Below, one piece after another: positions 55,692 to 64,000 of a stretch of DNA of 64,000 nt. Each line of letters starts with the position of its first letter. Position 1 is the first letter of the stretch. Both the position numbers and the translations under genes were made by a program. The DNA comes from Edaphobacter sp. (GTDB taxonomy: Bacteria; Acidobacteriota; Terriglobia; Terriglobales; Acidobacteriaceae), in assembly GCA_035566575.1 (NCBI GenBank), contig DATMQZ010000007.1, positions 102,433 to 166,432 of the forward strand, given 5' to 3'. The notes under the pieces are model-generated. The model was not told where the DNA came from. It was given only the letters and a program-made list of their open reading frames with translations, and ran no database searches.

Positions 55692-57008
55692 ATGCAGCGT
55701 AAGCTCGTCCCCGCTGTCCTCTTCGTCCTCTCTGCTTCCGCCCTCGCCCAATCCGACGCCAAGCCCAGCCTCACCGGCCACTGGACCGCGAGCATCGACT
55801 ACTACGGTACCCACACCAACTTCGGCGTCGATCTCACCCAGCAAGGAAACAAACTCACCGGCAAATTCGGCGGTGATTCGCTCGAAGGCGAAACCGACGG
55901 CTCCTCTTTCCACTTCACAACCAAAGACAACGAAGGCGGCACCGCGCAGGCCAAAGGCACCATCGTCGACAACACTCTCCAGGGCGAGGTCATCGAGATC
56001 GAGTCCAGCACTCCCACGCACGTGACGTACACCTTCACCGCCACCCAGCGTCCACCGCGCCCCTCAGCCGCACCCCAAAGCCACGACTTCATCCCCACCG
56101 TCTTCTACCGTCAGTTCTCCCCCTTCAACAAACCCGTCCTCACCGTCAACCCCGGCGACACCATCCACACCACCACCGTCGACGCCGGAGGCAACGACCA
56201 CGACAGCCAGAAGCGCGTCATGGGCGGCAACCCGCAGACCGGCCCCTTCTTCATCCAGTCCGCCATGCCCGGCGATATCCTCGTCGTTCACATCAACCGC
56301 CTTCGCCTCAACCGCGACTGGGCCATGAGCGACGACGACCTCGTCAGCCGCGCCACCGACAGCGACCTCGCCGTCAAGATGAAAGACGCCGGCAAGACCA
56401 TCGTCTGGCATCTCGATCTCGCCAACGGCACCGCCTCACCCGTCAAGCCCACCGAACGCCTCGCCCACTACACTGTCCCGATCAAACCAATGCTCGGCTG
56501 CATCGCCACCGCGACCGGCACTGCCTCCGCGCCTCCCGGCACCGGCGACTCCGGCAACTACGGCGGCAACATGGACTTCAACGAGATCACCGACGGCGCC
56601 ACCGTCTACCTCCCCGTCTCCAACCCCGGCGCGCTCCTCTATCTCGGCGACGGCCACGCCCTGCAAGGCGACGGCGAGCTCAACGGCAACGCACTCGAAA
56701 CCTCCATGGACGTCGAGTTCACCGTCGACGTCATCCCCAACAAACACCTCCCCAGCCCGCGCGTCGAAAACCCGACCTCCATCATCGCCCTCGGCTACGA
56801 CGGCTCACTCGACTCCGCCTTTCGCGACGCCACCTCCAACATGGCCCAGTGGCTCACCGACGACTACAACCTAACCCCCACCGAAGTCGCCCAGGTCCTA
56901 GGCACCGCAGCCCAATACAAAGTCGCCGAGGTAGCCGACCGCAACACCGGCATCGCCCTCAAAGTCGACAAGGCACTCCTCCACCCACTGCCTCGCGTTT
57001 CAAAATAA
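55692..57008 (+). CDS. Acetamidase/formamidase family protein with signal peptide and extra N-terminal domain
   Basis: AGGAG RBS; NPQTGPF, PMLGCI, YGGNMD, GDGHALQGDGE. Confidence 0.88.
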   Translation: MQRKLVPAVLFVLSASALAQSDAKPSLTGHWTASIDYYGTHTNFGVDLTQQGNKLTGKFGGDSLEGETDGSSFHFTTKDNEGGTAQAKGTIVDNTLQGEVIEIESSTPTHVTYTFTATQRPPRPSAAPQSHDFIPTVFYRQFSPFNKPVLTVNPGDTIHTTTVDAGGNDHDSQKRVMGGNPQTGPFFIQSAMPGDILVVHINRLRLNRDWAMSDDDLVSRATDSDLAVKMKDAGKTIVWHLDLANGTASPVKPTERLAHYTVPIKPMLGCIATATGTASAPPGTGDSGNYGGNMDFNEITDGATVYLPVSNPGALLYLGDGHALQGDGELNGNALETSMDVEFTVDVIPNKHLPSPRVENPTSIIALGYDGSLDSAFRDATSNMAQWLTDDYNLTPTEVAQVLGTAAQYKVAEVADRNTGIALKVDKALLHPLPRVSK

Positions 57009-57072
57009 ACAAGCTTCATCAAACGCCTTCGGTTTCCATCTCCGATAAGTCGCCGCGATCGTGCGGGAGGCG

Positions 57073-58932
57073 TCAGGGGCGCTGGCCATGGGTGGAGGCG
57101 GTGATGGGAGTGGCTGTGGGGGCGGCGAGGCCGAGGAATTCGGTGACGGAGTTGTAGGTGAAGTTGGTGACCCAGAGATTGCCGGAGGGGTCGATGGCGA
57201 TGCCTCGCGGGCCGCTGACGCCGTCGGCGGTGTAGCCGGTGGAGGGAGTGATGGCTACGCCGGCATTGGTGAAGGCGGAGATGGAGTTGGTGTTGCGGTT
57301 GGTGATCCAGACGTTGTTGGCGCCGTCGATGGCGATGCCGCCAGGGCCGTTGAGTCCTCCGCCGGTGTAGCCTCCGGCGGGTGAGAGGGGTTTGCCTGTG
57401 GGGTCGGATTTGCCGATGGCACTGTTTTTGCTGGAGACAAACCAAATGTTTCCTGAGGCGTCGATGGCAGTGGGGATGAGCTCGGTGGTGGCGCTGGGCG
57501 CGGTAACGGACTCGGAAGAGACAGAGATGGCGGATGGCAGGGTTAGGCGGTAGAGTTTGCTGCCGAGGCCGAGGGTCCAGGCGTGGTCGGAGGGGTCGAG
57601 GACGATGCCGGAGTTGTAGGCGCTGGTGGTGAATTGAGCGAGATTTGCGCCGGAAGGGCTGAGAACGGTGGTTCGGTTTGCGGCGGAGATCCAGAGATTG
57701 CCGGTGGTACCGAAGGCGGGGAAGAAGCAGGTGGTGCTGCAGGGGTAGGGTGTTGCGGTGGCGGGGGAGCCGTTCGAGAGGAATTTCGAGACGGTTGAGG
57801 CGTTGATGGGGCCGAAGTTGACGACCCATGGATTGTCGGAGGCGTCGATGGCGATGGAGTAGGGCTGGTTGAGGCCGCCGCCGGTGAAGCCGGATGGACC
57901 GGAGAGGATGTTGCCGGAGGGGTCGAACTCGGTGAGGGTGTTGCTGGCGAAGGCGGGGACCCAGAGGTTGCCAGCGGAGTCGAAGGCAGGGTAGTAGGGA
58001 CCGGCCATGTTGGGAGCGTAGAAGGTGATGGCCAGGGTCCAGTCGTTGGGGGCGGCGGTGAGGGCGGGCTGGTAAGGTGCGTTGGCGGTGGCCAGGGTGA
58101 AGAGGGCGGCGGGGTTGGCGGCAGGGTTGTGGGCGATGTTGAGGACGGCAGTGGCGGTGTCGAGCGGGGCGTTGCCGTTAGAGTCTTTAGCGCTGTTGAA
58201 GAGGGTGGTGCACCCGTTGGTTTGGCTGGTGGAGTTGATGCAGGGGACGAGAATGTTGGCCAGGGTGTTGAGTTTGGCTTGGGGGAGGACACCGTTGCCT
58301 TGTTGGTTTTGTGCGAGGGAGGTGCCGGAGGCGATGTCGACGAGGGTGTTGACGGTGGCGAAGGCGTTGGCGAGGCCCTGGATGGAGCCGGGTGAGAGCG
58401 CGGAGCTGACGTGGATGGGGTCGGACATGAAGCCGGCGAGGGCGTAGATGGTGGCTACGGTTGTGAGCTCGTTGATGGAGATGTAGGGAACGGTGGCGGC
58501 GAGGTTGCCGTCGCTGGGACAGCTGCCGAGGGCGGTGAGCATGGCGAGGGCGTCGTTGTTGGAACTGCCGTGGAGGCCAGGGTTTCCAGTGGTGGCCAGG
58601 ATGTAGAGCTGTTGGCCGGGGATGCAGGAGTAGGCTCCGTTGAGACTGAAACCGCCGGAGGCGTTGGTGATGAGGTAGGTGCCGTTTGCGTCGGTCGCGG
58701 CACCGGGGGCGTGCGGATTGATGAGGGAGATGCTGGGCGCTCGGTAGCCGATGTTATTGGCAGCGAAGAGGTAGATGTGGGCTCCGACGACGGGTTGATT
58801 GCCGCCGTGGAGGGTCCCTTCGATGGCCTGGCCGGGGACGCTCACGGGGGCGGCTTTTTGGGAGGACGTAGGCCCGCAACCGGTGAGCAAGACGAGCGCC
58901 AGAAGGGCGAAAGATGGTGGCAACCGCCGCAC
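57073..58932 (-). CDS. NHL-repeat surface lipoprotein
   Basis: Lipobox LTGC; GTLHGGNQPVVGAHIYLFA; repeats P..IAID..GN.WV.N. Confidence 0.85.
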   Translation of the reverse strand: MRRLPPSFALLALVLLTGCGPTSSQKAAPVSVPGQAIEGTLHGGNQPVVGAHIYLFAANNIGYRAPSISLINPHAPGAATDANGTYLITNASGGFSLNGAYSCIPGQQLYILATTGNPGLHGSSNNDALAMLTALGSCPSDGNLAATVPYISINELTTVATIYALAGFMSDPIHVSSALSPGSIQGLANAFATVNTLVDIASGTSLAQNQQGNGVLPQAKLNTLANILVPCINSTSQTNGCTTLFNSAKDSNGNAPLDTATAVLNIAHNPAANPAALFTLATANAPYQPALTAAPNDWTLAITFYAPNMAGPYYPAFDSAGNLWVPAFASNTLTEFDPSGNILSGPSGFTGGGLNQPYSIAIDASDNPWVVNFGPINASTVSKFLSNGSPATATPYPCSTTCFFPAFGTTGNLWISAANRTTVLSPSGANLAQFTTSAYNSGIVLDPSDHAWTLGLGSKLYRLTLPSAISVSSESVTAPSATTELIPTAIDASGNIWFVSSKNSAIGKSDPTGKPLSPAGGYTGGGLNGPGGIAIDGANNVWITNRNTNSISAFTNAGVAITPSTGYTADGVSGPRGIAIDPSGNLWVTNFTYNSVTEFLGLAAPTATPITASTHGQRP

Positions 58933-59093
58933 GAAATCAATGCTCCGAGGGAAGGGATGAGGACTATATTTTTTTGTATCGTGCGGCGGCAGGAGACGGA
59001 ATGCCGCTTTTTCGGAATTGGGCTGCAACTTTTGGGGAATGAGACGTGCCCAACGTATTGATGGTAAAAGGATTTGTCCGCCAAATCTTTAAA

Positions 59094-59114
59094 TATGAGT
59101 GACTTACTATCAAG
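59094..59114. promoter_or_regulatory. HAIR-like (HspR) operator upstream of clpB
   Basis: TATGAGT-N7-TATCAAG vs consensus CTTGAGT-N7-ACTCAAG. Confidence 0.55.
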
Positions 59115-59177
59115 TTTTACAACTTTTGGGCCTGTAAGACATCTATTTGATTGAGATTAGCTACAGGAGAATAAGTA

Positions 59178-61838
59178 ATGGCAATCAAGTGGGATAGATT
59201 GACGGTGAAGTCGCAGGAGGCCGTGCAGGCGGCGAGTGGGCATGCGGCGGAGAATGGAAATCCAGAGGTGTTACCGCTGCATTTGATGGCGGCGCTGCTG
59301 GAGGACCGTGAGGGGGTGGTGATTCCAGTGCTGGAGAAGGTGGGGGTGCCGGTGGAGCAGTTGCTGAGCGGGGTGAACTCGGCGATACAAAAGCTTCCGA
59401 AGGTTCAGGGTGGGGCGCAGCCTGGGTTGAGCTCGGCGCTGCAGAAGGTTCTGGAGCAGGGGTTCAAAGAGGCGGACAACTTCAAGGATGACTATGTTTC
59501 GACCGAGCATCTGTTGCTGGCGCTGGCGAAGCAGAAGGGCGATGCTGTGCAGACGGCGTTGGCTGCGTTGGGAGCAACGTATGAGGCGATTCTGAAGGCG
59601 CTGGCGGAGGTGCGTGGATCGCAGCGGGTGACGGATCAGAATCCTGAGGGCAAGTTTCAGGCGTTGGAGAAGTATGCGAAGGATCTGACGGATCTGGCGC
59701 GGCGGGGCAAGCTTGATCCAGTGATCGGGCGTGATGAAGAGATTCGCCGTGTGATTCAGGTGTTGAGCCGCAGAACTAAGAACAATCCTGTGCTGATCGG
59801 CGAGCCGGGTGTGGGTAAGACGGCGATTGTTGAAGGATTGGCGCGGCGGATTGTGCAGGGTGATGTTCCAGAGATTTTGAAGGACAAGCGGGTGTGTGCG
59901 CTGGACCTGGCTGCGATGGTCGCGGGCGCGAAGTTTCGCGGCGAGTTCGAGGAGCGGCTGAAGGCTGTCCTGAAGGAGATTGAGGACTCGGACGGCGAGA
60001 TCATTTTGTTCATTGATGAGTTACATACTCTTGTAGGAGCCGGAGCAGCCGAGGGCGCGATGGATGCCAGTAACATGCTGAAGCCAGCGCTGGCGCGTGG
60101 TGGGCTACGTGCGATTGGCGCGACGACGCTGAATGAGTATCGGAAGTACATCGAGAAAGATGCTGCGTTGGAGCGGCGTTTTCAGGTGGTGTATGTCGGT
60201 GAGCCGAATGTTGAGGATACGATTGCGATTCTGCGTGGGCTGAAGGAGAAGTATGAGGCGCACCATAAGGTTCGGATTAAGGATTCGGCGATTGTTGCGG
60301 CGGCCACGTTGAGCCATCGGTATATCTCGGATAGATTTTTGCCGGACAAGGCGATTGATCTTGTGGATGAGGCTGCGGCTGCGCTGGCGATCCAGATTGG
60401 AAGCGTGCCGGTGGAGATCGATGATCTGGAGCGGCGGGCGACTTCGCTGGAGATTGAGCGTGCGGCTTTGAAGCGCGAGAAAGATGCGGCTTCGAAGGAG
60501 AGGCTCGAGATTGTAGAGCGTGAGCTTGCCGAGGTGAAGGAGAGTGCGACCGGATTGCGTGCCCGCTGGCAGAAGGAGCGTGGTGCGATTGGCCGGATTG
60601 CGGAGCTGAAGGAACAACTTGAAGGCCTGCGGTTCCAAATGCAGGAGGAGACGCGTAAGGGCAATCTGCAGCGGGCTGCGGAGTTGCAGTATGGCGAGAT
60701 TCCGAAGCTGGAGGCGGAGCTGAAGGAGCTGACTGCGCTGCAGGATGCTGCGGTGCGCGAGGATGCCGCTGAAGCGGCGACGGGTGTGGCGGCGAAGCCT
60801 TCACGGATGCTGAAGGAAGAGGTGGACGAGGAGGATATCGCCGCGATTGTGTCGAAGTGGACGGGGATTCCTGTCTCGAAGATGCTTGAGGGCGAGATGC
60901 AGAAGCTGGTGCAGATGGAGGATCGTCTGCGCGAGCGTGTGGTTGGACAGGACGAGGCGCTCAGTGCGGTGGCGAATGCGATTCGTCGTTCGAGGGCTGG
61001 ATTGAGCGATCCGAAGCGGCCGATTGGTTCGTTTATTTTTCTGGGGCCTACGGGTGTTGGAAAAACGGAGACGGCACGGGCGCTGGCGGAGTTTCTATTC
61101 GACGACGAGGCCGCGATGGTGCGGATCGACATGAGCGAGTACATGGAGAAGCATGCGGTGGCGCGGTTGATTGGCGCGCCTCCGGGCTACGTGGGGTATG
61201 ACGAAGGCGGCCAGTTGACGGAGGCTGTGCGGCGGCGGCCCTATGCGGTGATCCTGTTTGATGAGATCGAGAAGGCTCATCCGGATGTGTTCAATGTGCT
61301 GCTGCAGGTGCTGGATGATGGAAGGTTGACGGACTCGAAGGGTCGCACGGTGGACTTCAAAAATACTGTGCTGATTATGACCTCGAATGTGGGCGCAGCG
61401 CAGTTGACTACGGCGTGGGCTCAGGGCGAAGACGGTTTTGAGGATGCGAAGGTTCGTGTGATGGATTCGCTGCGGCAGCAGTTCCGGCCAGAGTTTCTGA
61501 ATCGCGTGGATGACATTGTTGTGTTCCATCCGCTGGATGAGTCGGAGTTGACGCATATTGTCGATCTGCGGCTGGCTGATCTGCAGAAGCTGTTGAGCGA
61601 TCGCAAGATTATGCTGGAGCTCACGGATGCGGCGCGGAAGGCGATCTTCAAGGCCGGGTATGACCGGGCTTATGGAGCGCGGCCATTGAAGCGGGCGATT
61701 CAGCGCATGGTGCAGGATAAGCTGGCGGTGAAGATCCTCGATGGCACGGTGCTGCATGGCGATCATGTGGTGGTGGATGCCGGGAAGGATGGATTGAGGT
61801 TTGAAGTGACGAAGAGGGAAGAGCGAGTGGCTGTGTAG
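59178..61838 (+). CDS. clpB: ATP-dependent chaperone ClpB
   Basis: Two AAA+ modules ([16 protein letters not shown]), M-domain coiled coil, [15 protein letters not shown]. Confidence 0.98.
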   Translation: MAIKWDRLTVKSQEAVQAASGHAAENGNPEVLPLHLMAALLEDREGVVIPVLEKVGVPVEQLLSGVNSAIQKLPKVQGGAQPGLSSALQKVLEQGFKEADNFKDDYVSTEHLLLALAKQKGDAVQTALAALGATYEAILKALAEVRGSQRVTDQNPEGKFQALEKYAKDLTDLARRGKLDPVIGRDEEIRRVIQVLSRRTKNNPVLIGEPGVGKTAIVEGLARRIVQGDVPEILKDKRVCALDLAAMVAGAKFRGEFEERLKAVLKEIEDSDGEIILFIDELHTLVGAGAAEGAMDASNMLKPALARGGLRAIGATTLNEYRKYIEKDAALERRFQVVYVGEPNVEDTIAILRGLKEKYEAHHKVRIKDSAIVAAATLSHRYISDRFLPDKAIDLVDEAAAALAIQIGSVPVEIDDLERRATSLEIERAALKREKDAASKERLEIVERELAEVKESATGLRARWQKERGAIGRIAELKEQLEGLRFQMQEETRKGNLQRAAELQYGEIPKLEAELKELTALQDAAVREDAAEAATGVAAKPSRMLKEEVDEEDIAAIVSKWTGIPVSKMLEGEMQKLVQMEDRLRERVVGQDEALSAVANAIRRSRAGLSDPKRPIGSFIFLGPTGVGKTETARALAEFLFDDEAAMVRIDMSEYMEKHAVARLIGAPPGYVGYDEGGQLTEAVRRRPYAVILFDEIEKAHPDVFNVLLQVLDDGRLTDSKGRTVDFKNTVLIMTSNVGAAQLTTAWAQGEDGFEDAKVRVMDSLRQQFRPEFLNRVDDIVVFHPLDESELTHIVDLRLADLQKLLSDRKIMLELTDAARKAIFKAGYDRAYGARPLKRAIQRMVQDKLAVKILDGTVLHGDHVVVDAGKDGLRFEVTKREERVAV

Positions 61839-61862
61839 CTCGCGGTCACTGTAAGTGGTATT

Positions 61863-61900
61863 GGTCTCCCTGCGCCTTTGGCGTGGGGAGATTTTTGTTG
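61863..61900 (+). terminator. Rho-independent terminator of clpB
   Basis: GTCTCCCTGCGCC-ttt-GGCGTGGGGAGAT-TTTT. Confidence 0.7.
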
Positions 61901-61933
61901 TGGATGGGATTTTGGGTGGGCGTTTGTAGCTTG

Positions 61934-61992
61934 GGCAAATACGAGGACTCTTCGCTTCGTTCAAAACGACGAGCAACAATTGCAACAGCAGC
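61934..61992. repeat. Degenerate REP-like unit with GCAACA microrepeats
   Basis: GCAAATACGAGGACTCTTCGCTTCGTTCAAAACGAC-GAGCAACAATTGCAACAGCAG. Confidence 0.45.
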
Positions 61993-62061
61993 TCATGCCA
62001 ATGCTGTTGCGTGTCCTTCGCCCGACACATAGTTTCTTCTACATCGCGGCTGCGCAGCACA

Positions 62062-63009
62062 CTAATGCACGAGTGGATCGCTTTGAATGGGCGGGGCGCG
62101 GTCGATGTACTTGATGAGCAGGACTTCATTGCCGATCTCGTTATAGAGGAGCTCGTCGACGGCGCCTCTGGCGAGGAGGAGACCGAAGCCGCCGGGTGAT
62201 AAGCCCTTCTCTTCGCGTCTGCGGATATGGACGCTGATGTTGTCGGTGGGATTGGTAAGATCGTCGGTGAGATCGGAGATGAGATCGTCGTCGGCGAGAT
62301 TAGCGATGAGACCGTCGGCGGGATCGACGATGCGATCGGTGCCTGGCGGTTCCTGGCGGAAGCCGGAGCCAGGGTCGTGGACGTAGAAGACGAACGATCT
62401 GCGGGTTCGGACGGCGGTGACTTCGATCATCTGCTCGGGATTGAAGGCGGCGCCGTGCTCCATGGCGTTGAGAACGATCTCGCGGAAGCTGACCAGGATC
62501 GCATCGCGCATGTCGTCCTGCATTTGGGAGCTGAGCTCCCGGGCGAAGGACACGAGACGCTCGGCCGTGAGGAGGCGGCAGTTGGCACGGACGGTGACCC
62601 AGCCGGGGCGGGCGGAGATGAGGTGGATGTCGTCGTCCGCGAGGCCGCCTGAGGCTGCCTCGCGTGCGATGTCGGCGATGGCTTGAGCGTCGAAGGGCTC
62701 GGTGAAGCAGGCGAAGACGCGGGCGCGGAGCGCGGCGATGATCTCCTGGGGGGTGCTGTGCCGTGCGAGCACGACGCACTTGATGCCGGGCCGGATGAGA
62801 CGCATCTCGTTGAACAAGGCCAGGTCTTCGTCGATGGAGGTGCTAGGACTTGTGATGGTGATGGCGAAGGACCGTGCACGCATGCATTGCAGAGCGACGA
62901 CGGGTCCGGCCGCGAATTCGACGGGGACACCCGCAGTAGAGAGGAGATCTACGATGGCGTGAGTGACAGGGTTGTCGCTTCCGATGACGAGGACCCGACC
63001 CATAGACAA
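62062..63009 (-). CDS. Degenerate receiver domain fused to an RsbW/SpoIIAB-like HATPase (anti-sigma kinase)
   Basis: FREIVLNAMEHG, VHDPGSGF, GGFGLLL, VDELLYNEIGNEVLLIK; N-terminal REC-like fold. Confidence 0.85.
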   Translation of the reverse strand: MSMGRVLVIGSDNPVTHAIVDLLSTAGVPVEFAAGPVVALQCMRARSFAITITSPSTSIDEDLALFNEMRLIRPGIKCVVLARHSTPQEIIAALRARVFACFTEPFDAQAIADIAREAASGGLADDDIHLISARPGWVTVRANCRLLTAERLVSFARELSSQMQDDMRDAILVSFREIVLNAMEHGAAFNPEQMIEVTAVRTRRSFVFYVHDPGSGFRQEPPGTDRIVDPADGLIANLADDDLISDLTDDLTNPTDNISVHIRRREEKGLSPGGFGLLLARGAVDELLYNEIGNEVLLIKYIDRAPPIQSDPLVH

Positions 63010-63638
63010 GACTCCTGACGCGTGACGTCGATGCTGCTGGTTCGTATTTGAGAAGGCCCTGGGGATTGATGATAGACGAAGCCGGAACGTCTATGACCGC
63101 CTGGTCGTGGCTATCGGTGAATTCATGGGTGGGCCGCAATACGAGCTTGATCCTGAGACCAGATTCCAGCACTAAAGGCTGACCTGTCTGCTTTGTGGCC
63201 CCTTCTCTGCGCTTGCCCAAACACACTGCACCATGTGTGACCGGAGGGCTGTCGCTGGCGCCAGAGATTCAGCGCCCTCCGGCTCCGTCAAGCGAAGTTG
63301 CCGAAAACCCCGTTTATCGTTCAGAAGGACAAAGGTATGGTTGGAACGTGACGATTTCGGAAACTTCCAGTTGAGCTAGCCTGTAGGATGAACTTCCTGT
63401 GTACCCCTGCCTGACGTAAGACTCGACTCAGGTTTCATGCACATTTTGTTGAAATTAGGTGAGGCAGAGTTGCCGCCAGCGCGCAGAATCGAGGCTGTGA
63501 GTATAACGACATCCCGAATGCAGAAGCAGAAACGCTCGCTAGAAGTTAGCTTTTCTCTGCAAATGTCGTCGTTTGCCAAAGCCGCTATATAGGTTTATAT
63601 TTTGCGCCAGTTCCACATCCTCTCCTTCAGGTGGTTCT

Positions 63639-64000
63639 ATGGCGACTCGTGTTTCTGTATGTCTTCCGAATCGCGTCCTCACCATCTTCCTCACTCTGCT
63701 CGTTCCCTTCTTTCTTGCGCGCCCCACTCTCGCCAATGAACCGCGCCACGATAACAAATCCAAAGTGGTCGGTGGTTACTTCGAAGAATGGAGCATTTAT
63801 TTCGCCGGCTACAACATTGCCAATCTACAGGCCAATGGCGTTGCAGATAAGCTCACGCATTTGACGTACGCCTTCGGCAACGCCACGCCGACCGGCTGCG
63901 CCATAGCGGATAGTTGGGCCGATTATCAGGATCCAAATCTTCCAAGCGTCAGCGGCGCACCCTACCCCGGGCCCCTGTACGGGAATTTCGCCGCGCTGCA
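63639..64000 (+). CDS. GH18 chitinase, N-terminal part (runs off the window; absent from the ORF track)
   Basis: Signal peptide then VGGYFEEWSIY...KLTHLTYAFGN...DSWADYQ...GNFAAL. Confidence 0.88.
   Translation, partial: MATRVSVCLPNRVLTIFLTLLVPFFLARPTLANEPRHDNKSKVVGGYFEEWSIYFAGYNIANLQANGVADKLTHLTYAFGNATPTGCAIADSWADYQDPNLPSVSGAPYPGPLYGNFAAL

Noticed and set aside
63236-63290. Riboswitch (e.g. c-di-GMP) upstream of the chitinase
   Set aside because: A hairpin (CCGGAGGGC...GCCCTCCGG) is present but I could not match any aptamer consensus.

Overview
Bacterial chromosomal window, GC-rich, most consistent with an Acidobacteriota (Granulicella/Edaphobacter-like) genome. This is an inference from gene content, NHL/IPT surface proteins and intergenic repeat types. 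Core genes (tgt, ndh, folK, lpxC, maf, alr, dnaB, msrA, mnmG, clpB) are interleaved with accessory genes. A patchwork accessory zone at about 20.8-40.2 kb holds glycoside hydrolases (GH9, GH35, an unassigned GH-A-like protein), an S41-like peptidase, a frameshifted M11-type surface protease, ArsR/SRPBCC/DoxX/DUF1801/RibD-C detox genes and a wHTH-regulated mini-CreD module. It also contains several orphan 3' gene ends. Four gene blocks are bracketed by short diverged direct repeats (30-112 bp), one pair built from a REP-like hairpin, with no integrase or transposase in the window. Other notable items are a catalytically dead metzincin coupled to a TIMP-like protein, a HipA-like kinase/DUF3037 pair, a structured RNA candidate at 7.4 kb, several recognisable operators and many leaderless genes. 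No rRNA, tRNA, CRISPR array or intact mobile element was seen. All family assignments come from motif recognition by eye; no searches were run.
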